Assembly (NCBI GenBank): GCA_013239625.1
Contig: MU053594.1
Coordinates: forward strand, 186,001-250,000
Reading direction: 5' to 3'
Source: Lama guanicoe
Taxonomy: Eukaryota
DNA: 64,000 bases
The notes under the pieces: model-generated
The model's database searches: none
Seen by the model: the letters and a program-made list of their open reading frames with translations, nothing else
What the model was told of the DNA's origin: nothing
Shown: positions 27,701-38,353 of the stretch, in pieces
Layout: every line of letters starts with the position of its first letter
How positions within the stretch are numbered: position 1 is the first letter of the stretch
Made by a program: the position numbers and the translations under genes

Positions 27701-28917
27701 CCGGCACGTGGGGGTCTCTCCTCCGCGCCCCCGGCCCCCACACCCACATCCAGGCACGCACCCGCAGCTCTGTCACCACGCAGCCGCCCAGGCATGGAAA
27801 GGGTTAAGTCGCCCTAGCTGAATAAATCAAAAGTTCAAGGCTGCAACATACCACAGTGATTCCCTCTCTACCTGTGACAAGAACCAGAGAGAGGCTGAAA
27901 CCCCAAGCATCCTGAGCGGGGTCTGCCCGGCCCGCACAGGTTACGCCGCCGGGGTCAGGGCCGCGGACCTTTAGCGGCAACATTCATTTCCTGAACAGGA
28001 CAAGTTCTCCTGACCATAAAGCTAATAGGAACTTCCTCGCACGGCCAGCTCCGGCTGACAGGGCTACTTGTCACTGGCCACGCAGGAAGAGAGCGCTGGT
28101 TCCCATTAGTGGGTTATGATGCCAGGTGCTACTAATAAGGTACACGGGCAAGAAACAAGACGCTGCTAAGCTGTCTCTCCAACTCTGGAAGTAATCAGGC
28201 CTAGGCTCCGGGCTTGGGGGGGGCTCCTTTAAGGTGGGAGAGAGCGGGGGCTTCAGCCACTGTAGATCCCTCTAACCTGCTGGACCGCATAAGTTAATAC
28301 ATTTCAAACAGCCCCTCTGCATGTCCCCCAGCCACCATAAAAGACTCCCCCAAATTAACACTGATAATGTTTCCCCCAGCGCTGCGGGCCTGGCCCGTCA
28401 CCTAGGGCCATTACGGTCGGCCACATCTGCCTCTCGCTATCAAAAGGAGAGCCGTGCCAACAGGCCTTGTGGCACGAAGATCACAGCGCTCAGCGAATCC
28501 ACTTGGAGACCAACGCCAGGTGAGGGCGGCAGGGGGCTCCGGGAGCGAGGGGCTGGGGTCCCAAGAGAAGCAGGAAGCAGGGAGGCGGCCTCACCTTGAG
28601 TCCCTGCTGCGTCCTTTATGTTACGTGGTACCCCACTTGTTTAAACCATCTGAAGAGGTAAGGGGCTAACCTCACTTCCCAGAAGAGGAGCCTGATAGTT
28701 CAGACAGGGGAAGGAAGCCCATTGCCCAAATTCCTAATGAGGCACTTCATTCAAACCCAAGCCTATGTGAGATCAGTCTGTGCCCCTGCCCTACACACCT
28801 TACCCCCAGCAAAGACATTGATCTGGTGATGTGTCTGTCTCATTCTTAGCATGCCTGGTCTGTCTGTCCTCACTTACTGTCTCGGGGGGATCTAAATGGC
28901 CCTAAAGAGGGTAAGAC

Positions 28918-29034
28918 TCTGTAATAACCTATAATGAAAAAGAATATGAAAAAGAATCACTATGCTGTACACCAGAAACTAACACAACATTGTAAATCAA
29001 CTAGACTTCAATATAAAAAAATAAATAAATAAAA
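28918..29034 (+). mobile_element. Short L1 3'-end fragment
   Basis: gtaataacctataatgaaaaagaat...gctgtacaccagaaactaacacaacattgtaaatcaact...(aaat)n tail. Confidence 0.75.
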
Positions 29035-30554
29035 GAGGAGGGGCAATGGAGAGGGGTCTAAACACCATTCCCAAATGGCCCACAATTCCTCCTCCCACCA
29101 AAATTTCTGTGACTGCATCCTCTAATAATTGCACCAGTAATGCCTCACTGTTTCAGGAAGTCCTGTCTCTTATCTGACCTGGATTCCGCCTACTGCAAAC
29201 CTGAGCGCAATCTGTTTCTGCTGAAGAAAATCAGGTCTTGAGGACAGAGTTGAAAGCGAGCTAAGAATTTAGAACTCAGTAGGTTTTTGTGAGCTTTTAG
29301 CCGAAGTTTCCACACTGACAAGAAAGTACCAGATCCCCTCTTCGCAGCTGTGGAGATCAGTCTCACGTAGGCAAAACCCAACCAGAGTTTTTCCAGACTG
29401 AGCCAGCATAATAAGGACACGGGGGCTTTTAAGGGGAAACAGTAGAAAGGGGAATTTCTGATTATGCTGGCATGAAATGAATGGCACGGAATTTTTATTT
29501 TTGTAAGTGGGTTTCTTTTTCTCTCCCCTTTTCTGTTGTTAGAGTCAGCATAAAAGGCCTCTGTCGCTGGAAGCTGGTCTCTGTCCGTGTCTGTAAGAGA
29601 TGCCTTCGTGCTCTTGGACCCACGTGGCCCGGGTCCCCAAAGACCTAACCCAGCACAGTAAGCGGTACCCTCGCTCCCTCCCTCCTCTCAAACCACCAGA
29701 GGAAGCTAGGAGCGATGAGCTTGCTGCTCAGCGGCTGCAGGGAACATGGGGCAGGTCCCTCTTGTGCTGCCCTTTCCCTTCTGATGCCATCAGAGGCTGA
29801 AGATCCAAGAAAGATGTTACAGAAAGAAGAGTGATCACGGACCCAAAGACCTGGGCACGAACCCTGGCACCACCCTTCACCATCTCACCAGGGACAAGTC
29901 CGTTAACCTCTTGGACTTTCCTCTGCCCATCATGGAAGGCGAAACAAATGTCCACCCTACAGGGCAGCTAGAGGGTTTGAGAAGATTCTGACCATGAACG
30001 CACTTAGCACAGAGCCTGACATGTGTCGAGCACTCAAAGCAGTGTTGGCTGAATCGGCCCTTGGAAGCATCCTGCCCTGCGGGATGGGAGAGGGACAGGG
30101 CTCTGGAACACGCCACATCCACAAGCCCAGGCTTCTCTCAGGAAGGCGGTGTGTGGGCTCCTCGTCTCTGCCCCGACCACAGTGATTTGCTGGCCTGACC
30201 ACGTGCACAGGCCACAGGCCACGGCCTCGGAGAGCCGCCTCGGCACTTGGAACTGCTGGTGGTGGAGTGCTGCCCAGCTAAATTTAAATGAGAACTGGAA
30301 TGACTCATCAGGCTTCAGGTCAATGGGACAAAGAGTACCCTGGCCACCACGCTACCAGAGATCAGCTTTGGAGGAAAAATGCAGGTGCTCACTGTGTATC
30401 AGCTCCAAACACACGGCACCAGGGGCAGCGGTTCATCGGTGCTGTATAAACGGACGCCTCTGGGGGAAAGCGGGACCTGAAGCAACATGAACACAATTTT
30501 CACCCTGCACTGCCAGGCCTACAACAACAACGGACAGCAAAAACACAACAGCAA

Positions 30555-30755
30555 ACATTTACTGTGTGTTACCCTTCCTTGCACGTGACAAATATTTGCT
30601 GATTAATCCTTGTAGCAACCCAGTGAGTATGTACTGTTATTACTCTCATTTTACAAATGAGCCAGCGGGCACAGAGAGGTTGAGGAACGTAACCACCATC
30701 ACACAGCTGGTAAGTGGTGAAGTCGGGATTCTGACCCAGATCGTCTGATTTGCTC
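30555..30755 (-). mobile_element. MIR SINE
   Basis: Reverse MIR: tactgttattactctcattttacaaatgag...cacagagaggttgaggaac...atcacacagctggtaagtggtgaagtcgggattctgacccaga. Confidence 0.65.
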
Positions 30756-31591
30756 AAAACGTCCGTTTACCATGTGAAAACCGTGGGGCCGGAGGTGGGA
30801 GAATGGGGGTGCTGTGGTACGTTTTTCTTTCTACCAAAATAACTGCCACCGAGTCGGTGCTTTCACCTAAAACCGCCAAAACAGAACTTGACTAAGAAAA
30901 CCCTCCAACGGGCAAATTAAGGCTCGCCTGCATTCATTTAGCAAGACTCACATGTCTCACACGCAGGCTTTTGGTTGGATTTGTTTTAAAGTCATTACTT
31001 TTCAAAAATTAAAATAATTGGAAATGTTTTTCCCCTGAATTAGCAAGAAATCAAAGAGTTGTGAATGGAGTTTGATTTTAACAGTTTAGGATAATCACTA
31101 TTTTAAAGATTCATAAATAGTTTTCCTAGAACAAGCAGGAGGAAAGAGTGTTGATGAACTGAAGCTTCCCCGCCTCTCCCTCCAGCAATTAGCAGCTCCA
31201 TCCACTAGTGACAGCAAATTAAAATGGGACTTCTCGCCGAGATGAAAAAGCAGGCAGCTTTCTTCCACTGGAAAAAAAATAAAAGAAATCATCTTCTGAA
31301 TTTCCAAGAGTTCCAGATCTCGGATGACTCAGTAACCCTAAGCAGGTGAAAGTATTAGAAACAAAGTCAGAGCAGATAGAGTCAAACCACACTGACCCCC
31401 TATTTTAGCTGGCCACCTGCCAATTTAGATTCCAAACCAGAGCGAAACCAAAAAGGACTTCATGAAGAGGACAGTGCAGAAGGGGCAAGAGGAAAACTTT
31501 TTTTAAAAGAGTTCAACTCTCCAGGAAGAGCTCATCCAAGTACCTAGTTTTACAAAGGAAGAAGTTAAAGCTCAGGATGAAAAAGAGACAG

Positions 31592-31820
31592 ACAAGTGTG
31601 AACCCTAATGTAAACTGTGGACTTTGGTTGATAATAATGTGCCCATGTTGGTTCATCAATGGTACCAAATATGCCACACTGATGAGGGATGATGAGGGTA
31701 GGGGCATATATATGTGTGGGTGGGGAGGGCTATGTGCGAACTCTGTATTTTCTGCTCAATTCTGTTGTGAACCTGAAATGGCTCTAAAAGAATAAAGTCT
31801 ATTTAAAAAATTTTAAAAAA
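31592..31820 (+). mobile_element. Old L1 (L1MC-like) 3' end
   Basis: gtgaaccctaatgtaaactgtggactttggttgataat...actctgtattttctgctcaattctgttgtgaacctgaaa...aataaagtctatttaaaaaa. Confidence 0.75.
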
Positions 31821-34800
31821 GAGAGAAACCAATGATGACAATGGTGATAGAGAAGAAAGAAAGAAAGAAAGAACGAAGGAAAGAAACTTGAGCTGAGTGG
31901 AGAGGTCCAGCCTCCTAAGATGGCAGAACACACCACCACAACTTGTACCATCTCCCCATTTTCACAAGCAACGACCTCTCCAGCAGACTAGATTTCCAGG
32001 AGCCCGGGAGCTTAGAAACTTAAGTCATCCATCACCCCCAAAAGGATACTTCCTGGAAATAGAAATGGTTTCAGAAAGGATTTGGGCAAATCTGTGAATG
32101 ACAGAGCAGCCATAAATAGCTACGAAGAGAAGCCAGGCTCCACCTGACCTTCAGGATTGACGTCAAGGAAGAGAGCTGGAGCCGCCAACAGTGGTACCGT
32201 AGGGACGGTGCTGGCATCATCCAGACTAGGTCAGATGGACCTGACCCAGAACAGCAATGCCCATGTGCTTATATGGCCTGGCGCGGAGCACCCAGGACTG
32301 TGAATTAGAAGGTGAACTGGGCTCCTGGCTCGAGCCATTTATAGCCCTGTGACCTTGAGTGTGTCACTCACTCACTCAAAGCTCATTTTCCTCATCTGTA
32401 AGTTGAGGCTGATAACGGTCGCAGATGCCTTACACAGAACACTTAGCTGCTTCAGAAATCCGAACTGTTCAGATGTTAGAAAGGTACTGTGGGGCCTATC
32501 ATGTTTGCCAGCCCCAGAGGAGTCTAGGGAAGTACTCTGTAATCAAACACATTAATATTTTTGCGGCAAAACATATGAATATTCAAAATAAGCGGGATAA
32601 ATATAGCCTCACATCAGTTCAGATCAAGTTTTGCCACTAAATGAGTTGGCTGCAAACTCACACAAAGCCTTTTAGCTTTCAGAGTTTTTCAGACGTCATC
32701 ACTACACATATGGAATAAGGGACCTGCACCCCCTGAGGGGAGGCTGTGAGGTTCAGAGACAGAAGTCATTCCAGGCGCTCTGCAAAGGAAAAAGTGAGAC
32801 AATGGATAAAAGGCACCATGAATATGATCACTGATACTATCACAATTTCACAGCATAGTGTTTTCCAAACAGAACTTGGCTGGACCTCAGAGGTGCCTAA
32901 AGCTGGCAGAATGATGAAAGGGGTCCAGGAGTTCAGGGCAACTTCTACATTCCCTAAGTGGCCTAAACCAAAGTCAATTGCTATTGGCTCTCTACACGTT
33001 CAACCACTGAGAAATGAGCAGCTGGCCACTTGAAAGAGGCTGATGCAAAGGGCCAGGCAGGACCTTGACATCTCAACAACGTGGCCCACGTACCCTGGAG
33101 CTGGCCCCAGGAATCTTCTGAGAAGGCTGCACACCTGAGTGCAGGGAACAGGCTGAGACCACCCTGGTGGTCCCTGAGCATCCCTTGGAGAACCATGCAA
33201 GAGCTACTGTGTGTGTGCAGAATACACCCCGTAGCTGGTCCCAGGGCTTGTCTTGTACAAGATCTGGAGGTTCCTGGGGAACCAGACCCCACTCTGATTC
33301 TGCAGCACTAAATTCAGAAGCAAGTTAATACCAGACTATGTGAGCCTGGGGAGACTGAGGACTATGAGGACTGTGTTGACACTTAAGTCAACCATACTGT
33401 TCCCTGCCATCTTCTCATATGTGTATAACTCTGAGAAGGAGACGATGCACCTGGCCTGGTTGAGCTGGTCCCTAGATCAGATGCAGACAAGGCTACATGC
33501 AGAATAGGTCCAGCCTTTCAGAGACAGAGAGAAAGAAGAGAGACTGAGCTTAGGGAAGGAGAGTCCACTCTTCCCGATGTGACCCTCCCTCTGTCAGATG
33601 TCATCCTCTGTAATGCGGGCCCACTAGGAAGGTTTTGGGGTCTAAAGCTTGTTCCTGCATCTGCCTGGAGATAGATCTGCTGATCTATCAGGCCTTCCGA
33701 TTGTTCTGACTTCCTTCTGAATCCTTTAGGCAAGTAAGTCCCATTTGATTTACCCAAGTAGCGTCTTTGTGTGGTCTTTCCATCAATCCATGGCTACATC
33801 CGACATTGCTTTTACATCTCACCATGCACCGCAGGGACCACAACTTCACAAAGTTTCATTCAAACTGTCTGTCATGCCAGCAGCCTCGCTCCCCTCTCGC
33901 CAGCTTGGGACCAAGTCACGAGGAAAGCCTTTGATGGGATTCCGGAACAATCCCTCCTTCCGGCATCACTTCCCAGAACTCACCCCTTCCTTCCTCTCCA
34001 TGCCCTTCTGGCCTCCCAAGAAGAAACACAATAACTGGCGGGTACCTCACCTTTACCAACACTCCAGCTTACTGGCTTAACAACAGAATAAAATAAATCC
34101 TGTGGCCTGTTATTTCATCACGTTCGTCACTATTATATTTACTGCCAATTCGGCAGAACTGACTTCAAAATCTCCTACCCCGATTGTTTTGTCTTGCCTT
34201 TTTGTTTGTGCTATGCTGGTAGTTGTGATGTGGTGGGGAGGACCAGAGAAATGTAGCACCTTAATGCTGGAGGTCTCAGAGAGAGGGAGAGAGGAAAAGC
34301 CTCCCCAGAGTGCATCTGTTCAGGAGCCAGGAGGCTGCCGGCCACAGCGAGGGCAGAGGGCACACAGGACCATTCTCTCCGACCTTGACATCCGTAGACC
34401 CCACAGCTTTCCACCCAGGGCACAGGCCCAGGCTCCAGCATCGTGGGCCACAGCAGCCGACTTTCCACTCTCAATCGAAAGCACATTCTCCATGTCAGAT
34501 GCCCGGGATGCCAGAACCAGTGCCTCACCATCACAAGTTCACAAGGACAGGGACACTCCTCTGCACCACCTCACAGCCAACTCAACCCCGGCCGAGGGCA
34601 GCACTGTGAACACTACACACTAGAGCTCAGAGCCAACAGGGGTGATGCAGAGACAAGCCCCAAACGGGATGCAGGACTGAGGATCAGTTCCTCATTCCTC
34701 CCAGTTACCAAGTGCCAGTCGCAGCGCCAGGGATTTCCAGACGTTACTTCGTTAATTCAGCATCCCACCCTACAGACCATCTCCATTTTAAAGAGACTAA

Positions 34801-35039
34801 AACCCAGCTCAAAATGGTCATATAACTTTCCCAAGCTCTCCTGGCTAGATATGGCTAGTTCCACCAGGAATGTTCCAGGAGCGGGTTGGGGGTAGAACAC
34901 AGCCAGCCCTCCACCTCTTCCCAGAAGAACAAGGACCCCACAGAATAGGAACTCAGAACTACTGGGAGAGTGACATCTTTTCCAGCCATCTCAGGTACAG
35001 AACACACGAGAGCTAGGAAAAAATTACTTTCCAGGGAAT

Positions 35040-35330
35040 TGGGGGGGGGGTGGGAGGAATGGGCGAAGGTAGTCAAAAGGTACAAATTTCCAGTTACAAA
35101 ATAAGTAAGTCCTGGGGATCCAGCATAATGACTATAGTTAGCAATATTATATTGCATATTTGTAAGTTGCTAAGAGAAAGAGTAGATTTTAAAAGTGCTC
35201 AAGAAAAAAAATGTATAACCACATGTGGTGATCGATATTAACTAACTAGCATTATCCTAGTGATCATTTCATAATATATACACCCAAAATTGATCCAGTA
35301 TTATATGTCGATTATATCTCAATTTAAAAT
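35040..35330 (+). mobile_element. L1 (L1MA-like) 3' fragment
   Basis: ggtagtcaaaaggtacaaatttccagttacaaaataagtaagtcctgggga...gttgctaagagaaagagtagattt...attatatctcaattt; possible TSD aaaattactttcc / aaaattgtctttcc. Confidence 0.7.
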
Positions 35331-36995
35331 TGTCTTTCCGCTATACCCCAGTTCTTACTGCACATAACTGAAATAATTCACATCCGGAGAAGATGATAAA
35401 TCTATCTGGTCAAGTTTGGAGAGAGGGTTTCCTCTCTAGGAAAGTTTGAGCAAAAACAAACAGAGCCTTGGTCTATTTCTGAGCAGTACAAGCACCACGA
35501 AGACACACCTTAGTGGCGGTTATTTTTCTCACCCGATCGGAAAAAAATACCGGCAACGGTTAGCTCAACGGCACTTTCCACAAGGTAAGTATCCGAGCCC
35601 CCCATCAAAGTGTTGGCACATGTTCCAGCCCAGCTTGGGGTAATCAGATCAACCTCCAGAGGCCTCCTCCTCCGTGTTCCCAGCCCTGTCCCCTCTCCTA
35701 CCTCCTCCTCTCTACCTGGATCAGCAACCAAGGAATGGGGCAGGGAGGGGGTAGAGAGAGGAGTGCAAAAGTGAAGAATCCACTCAAGATCAGCAAAACA
35801 GCAGGCAAGAAGGGAAACGTTATCACAGATGACAAGAGAAACTGGACTCCTTGACAACATTCACCAGACCCAGGGACTGGGAGGGAATGCTAAGGGCATA
35901 TATGATATGATACATTATGATAGATGAAAGCAAACACCGAACTCACTACTGATTCCCTCTGTGTCTGCTGCACTTCCGAGAAGCAATTTTCAAAACCCTC
36001 TGCTCTGTCGCCCCGATCCTCTTTGGGACTGAATGATTCCAAGAGCAGCAAAGCGCAGGAGGGTTAAGACCTGAATTTGCATCCAGCTCTGCCTCTTACT
36101 ATCCATATGACCCTGGGAAAAGGTCTTAGGACTCTCCTATGGGAAATAAGAACATCATCTACGTGGGACAACTGCTGTGAGAAAAACGTGACTCCATGAA
36201 AAGCACTTGAACCAGGCATGTCATAAAAGCTCAGTGAATGGTTATTTCACAGAGAAAGAAACAGAAGCCAGAGGGAAGCCAATGTTAGCCCGAAGTGGTA
36301 TTTAATTCAATGTGAGCAGGGAGGGGATGAGAAGAAGGCTGCGGGCTGCAAAACCAATGTCTCTCATACCCATCCTTCTCCCTTGAATTTAAATCAACTC
36401 CCTCTAAATGTGTTTACAGGGACAGAAGATGAGAAGGGAGAGGAAGCAACGTTCCCGGTGATGAATGTTCACCAGGAATGATGTTCAGAACCTGCAGCTG
36501 CTCTTGTGGCCTAAACAGCATCCAGCCCCTCCCATCCTCCGGCCCCTCCCATCCTCCGGAGCTGCAGACAGGCTGCCTTGGCAGAAACCAGCATGGGAGC
36601 TCGGGTACCTGAAACCTGGCAACATGGCCAGATCGGGGCTGTGGGACCTTCCTCCTCTCCCTGCTTCTCCCTCCCTCCACTTTAGCAGTCACTCCACGCG
36701 AAGGAGACCAGACCCGACAGCAGAAAAAGCAAATAATAGGAGCCCAAAGGCAAAAAGAGAGGCGAGCGCCTAGCAAGAAGCTGGGCCCCTGAGTTCCCCA
36801 GCGCTTAGAAAAGACCCGAGGCTCCCTCAGCACACTTGAAAATTTTCCCCCAACATGATTTTTCACAAGTAGCAAAGACAACAGGCGAGCCGCGCCCCAG
36901 GAGACTCAGGAGTAGCTGGGTTTGAAGGCGGGGGTCAAGGCCAAAGTCTGGGGTCGGGGGGTCGGGGTGTCGGTACGGGAGTGGGGGGGGCCTAC

Positions 36996-38263
36996 CTGTG
37001 CTGCTCCACCGCCTCGTTGTCCGGAAGCTCCACCCCACACACGCTGCACTGCTCCCCGACAGTCCGGCTCTCCGACTTCATGCCCACGGCCAGCTCCCCC
37101 AGCTTGCTGAACAGCTCCCTCTGGATGAAGCCCTGGGGCAGCAGACCCCCGTAGGTGCTGAAGTCCATGGAGACGGCCAGGGTAGGCTGCACGTGGAGGC
37201 CCGAGGTCACCGAGGACGGCATGCTCAACACGGCATCAGCCTTGTGGTTGGGCAACACCGAGTAGATACCCAGGTGCTTCTCAGCTGGGGGCGCGGGGGG
37301 CTCCAGGCGGCCTGGGGGGCCCTGGGCAGCCTCCGCGGGAGGTGGCAGCTGCTCGGCGCTCTCCTCACGCCCGTAATGCAGCTCCCTGGCGCTGGTGATG
37401 ACGCTGCTCCGAGTCGGGGTTCCAGGCCCCTCCTTGCCCCTTTCCTCCACCTTGTCCCCCAGCCCAGCTGAGATGCTAGACTCGGCTGCCCCAGGGCTGT
37501 CCTGGCCGGGCACCTCATCCACCTGCATCATCTCCGGCTTCACCTCGGCCGCCGCAGAGTGCCGCCCTCCCCCAGCCAGAGGCGGCTCCTCAGGCCCAGC
37601 GGGCGGCTGAAGTGCCCCCTGCAGGAGAGACTGTCCTATGGTCATCAAGCTGTCCACTGCCGCCTTGGTGGGACTCATGGCTGAAAGGCCAAACGACGTG
37701 GAGACGGAAGGACTCTGGTCCCCCATGGGCCCAGGGAGGCTCTGAGCTGCCACACTGGCATACCCGCTCTCCTCGCTGGAATGCTTCGAGATGAAGATGT
37801 TCTTGAGGTACCGAGCCTTGCGGTCCTCCTCCTCCTCGGCCCCACCGTCCGCCATGGTGGCCTCCGTGTCATTGTCATCTGAGGCCTGGATGGTCTCCAG
37901 GATCTTCAGGCACTGCTCCTCCAGGTACTCGATCTCCAAGATCTCGGCCGCGTACAGCAGGTCATCCAGGTCCTCCGCCTTGGCTTGCAGCGTGGCTGTG
38001 TACGCATACTCCAGAATCTGCTGGAAAGTCTTTGGAGAAAGGAAGTCCAGGGTGTAGTGCTGGCTGTTGCGGTGGAAGAGGATCTCAAACATCTTGCTGG
38101 TGCAGGCCAGCACCGTCCGGTGGGCGTGGAACTCCTGGCTGTCCACCATGATGACCACATCGCACAGCGTCCCCGCCAGCCGCATCTGGTTGGCCTTGCA
38201 CAGGAGCCCCGTGGGGTGGCTGGGGTTCTGCAGCTGGATCATGCCCATCTTTGTCAGATCCAT
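36996..38263 (-). CDS. ZBTB16: Zinc finger and BTB domain-containing protein 16 (PLZF), first coding exon (codons 1-422 plus 2 nt); CDS continues beyond the window
   Basis: ORF MDLTKMGMIQLQNPSHPTGLLCKANQMRLAGTLCDVVIMVDSQEFHAHRTVLAC... is the recognisable PLZF N-terminus (BTB/POZ), followed by the acidic/proline-rich linker and CSVC...EQHR (first C2H2 finger, cut by the intron). ATG at 38263 in a strong Kozak context (gcaccATGG). Donor CAG|GTAGG at 36996/36995 gives 1268 coding nt (phase 2). The ORF-track stop at 36992-36994 is intronic. Confidence 0.98.
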
Positions 38264-38353
38264 GGTGCTCCCCGCGGCTTAGGCATGAGGCTCTCTTTCC
38301 TTCCTGGCTCTGCGTGGCGGGGCAGGGTGCGTTTCCCGGGCCAATGGACAGGG
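38264..38353 (-). other. ZBTB16: ZBTB16 5' UTR part of exon 2 (90 nt) with its splice acceptor
   Basis: Minus strand: polypyrimidine tract tcttgtccccttcttccctctAG (AG at 38355-38354) and a branch-like cactaat near 38406-38412; the exon starts at 38353, 90 nt before the ATG. Confidence 0.88.

Larger units (their letters stand above)
1..36995 (-). other. ZBTB16: ZBTB16 intron following the first coding exon (continues off the window)
   Basis: Begins with GTAGG at 36995. I did not see sequence encoding the expected next exon (KLHSGMKTYGCELCGKRF...) in 1-36995, consistent with this intron being very long in mammals. Confidence 0.8.
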
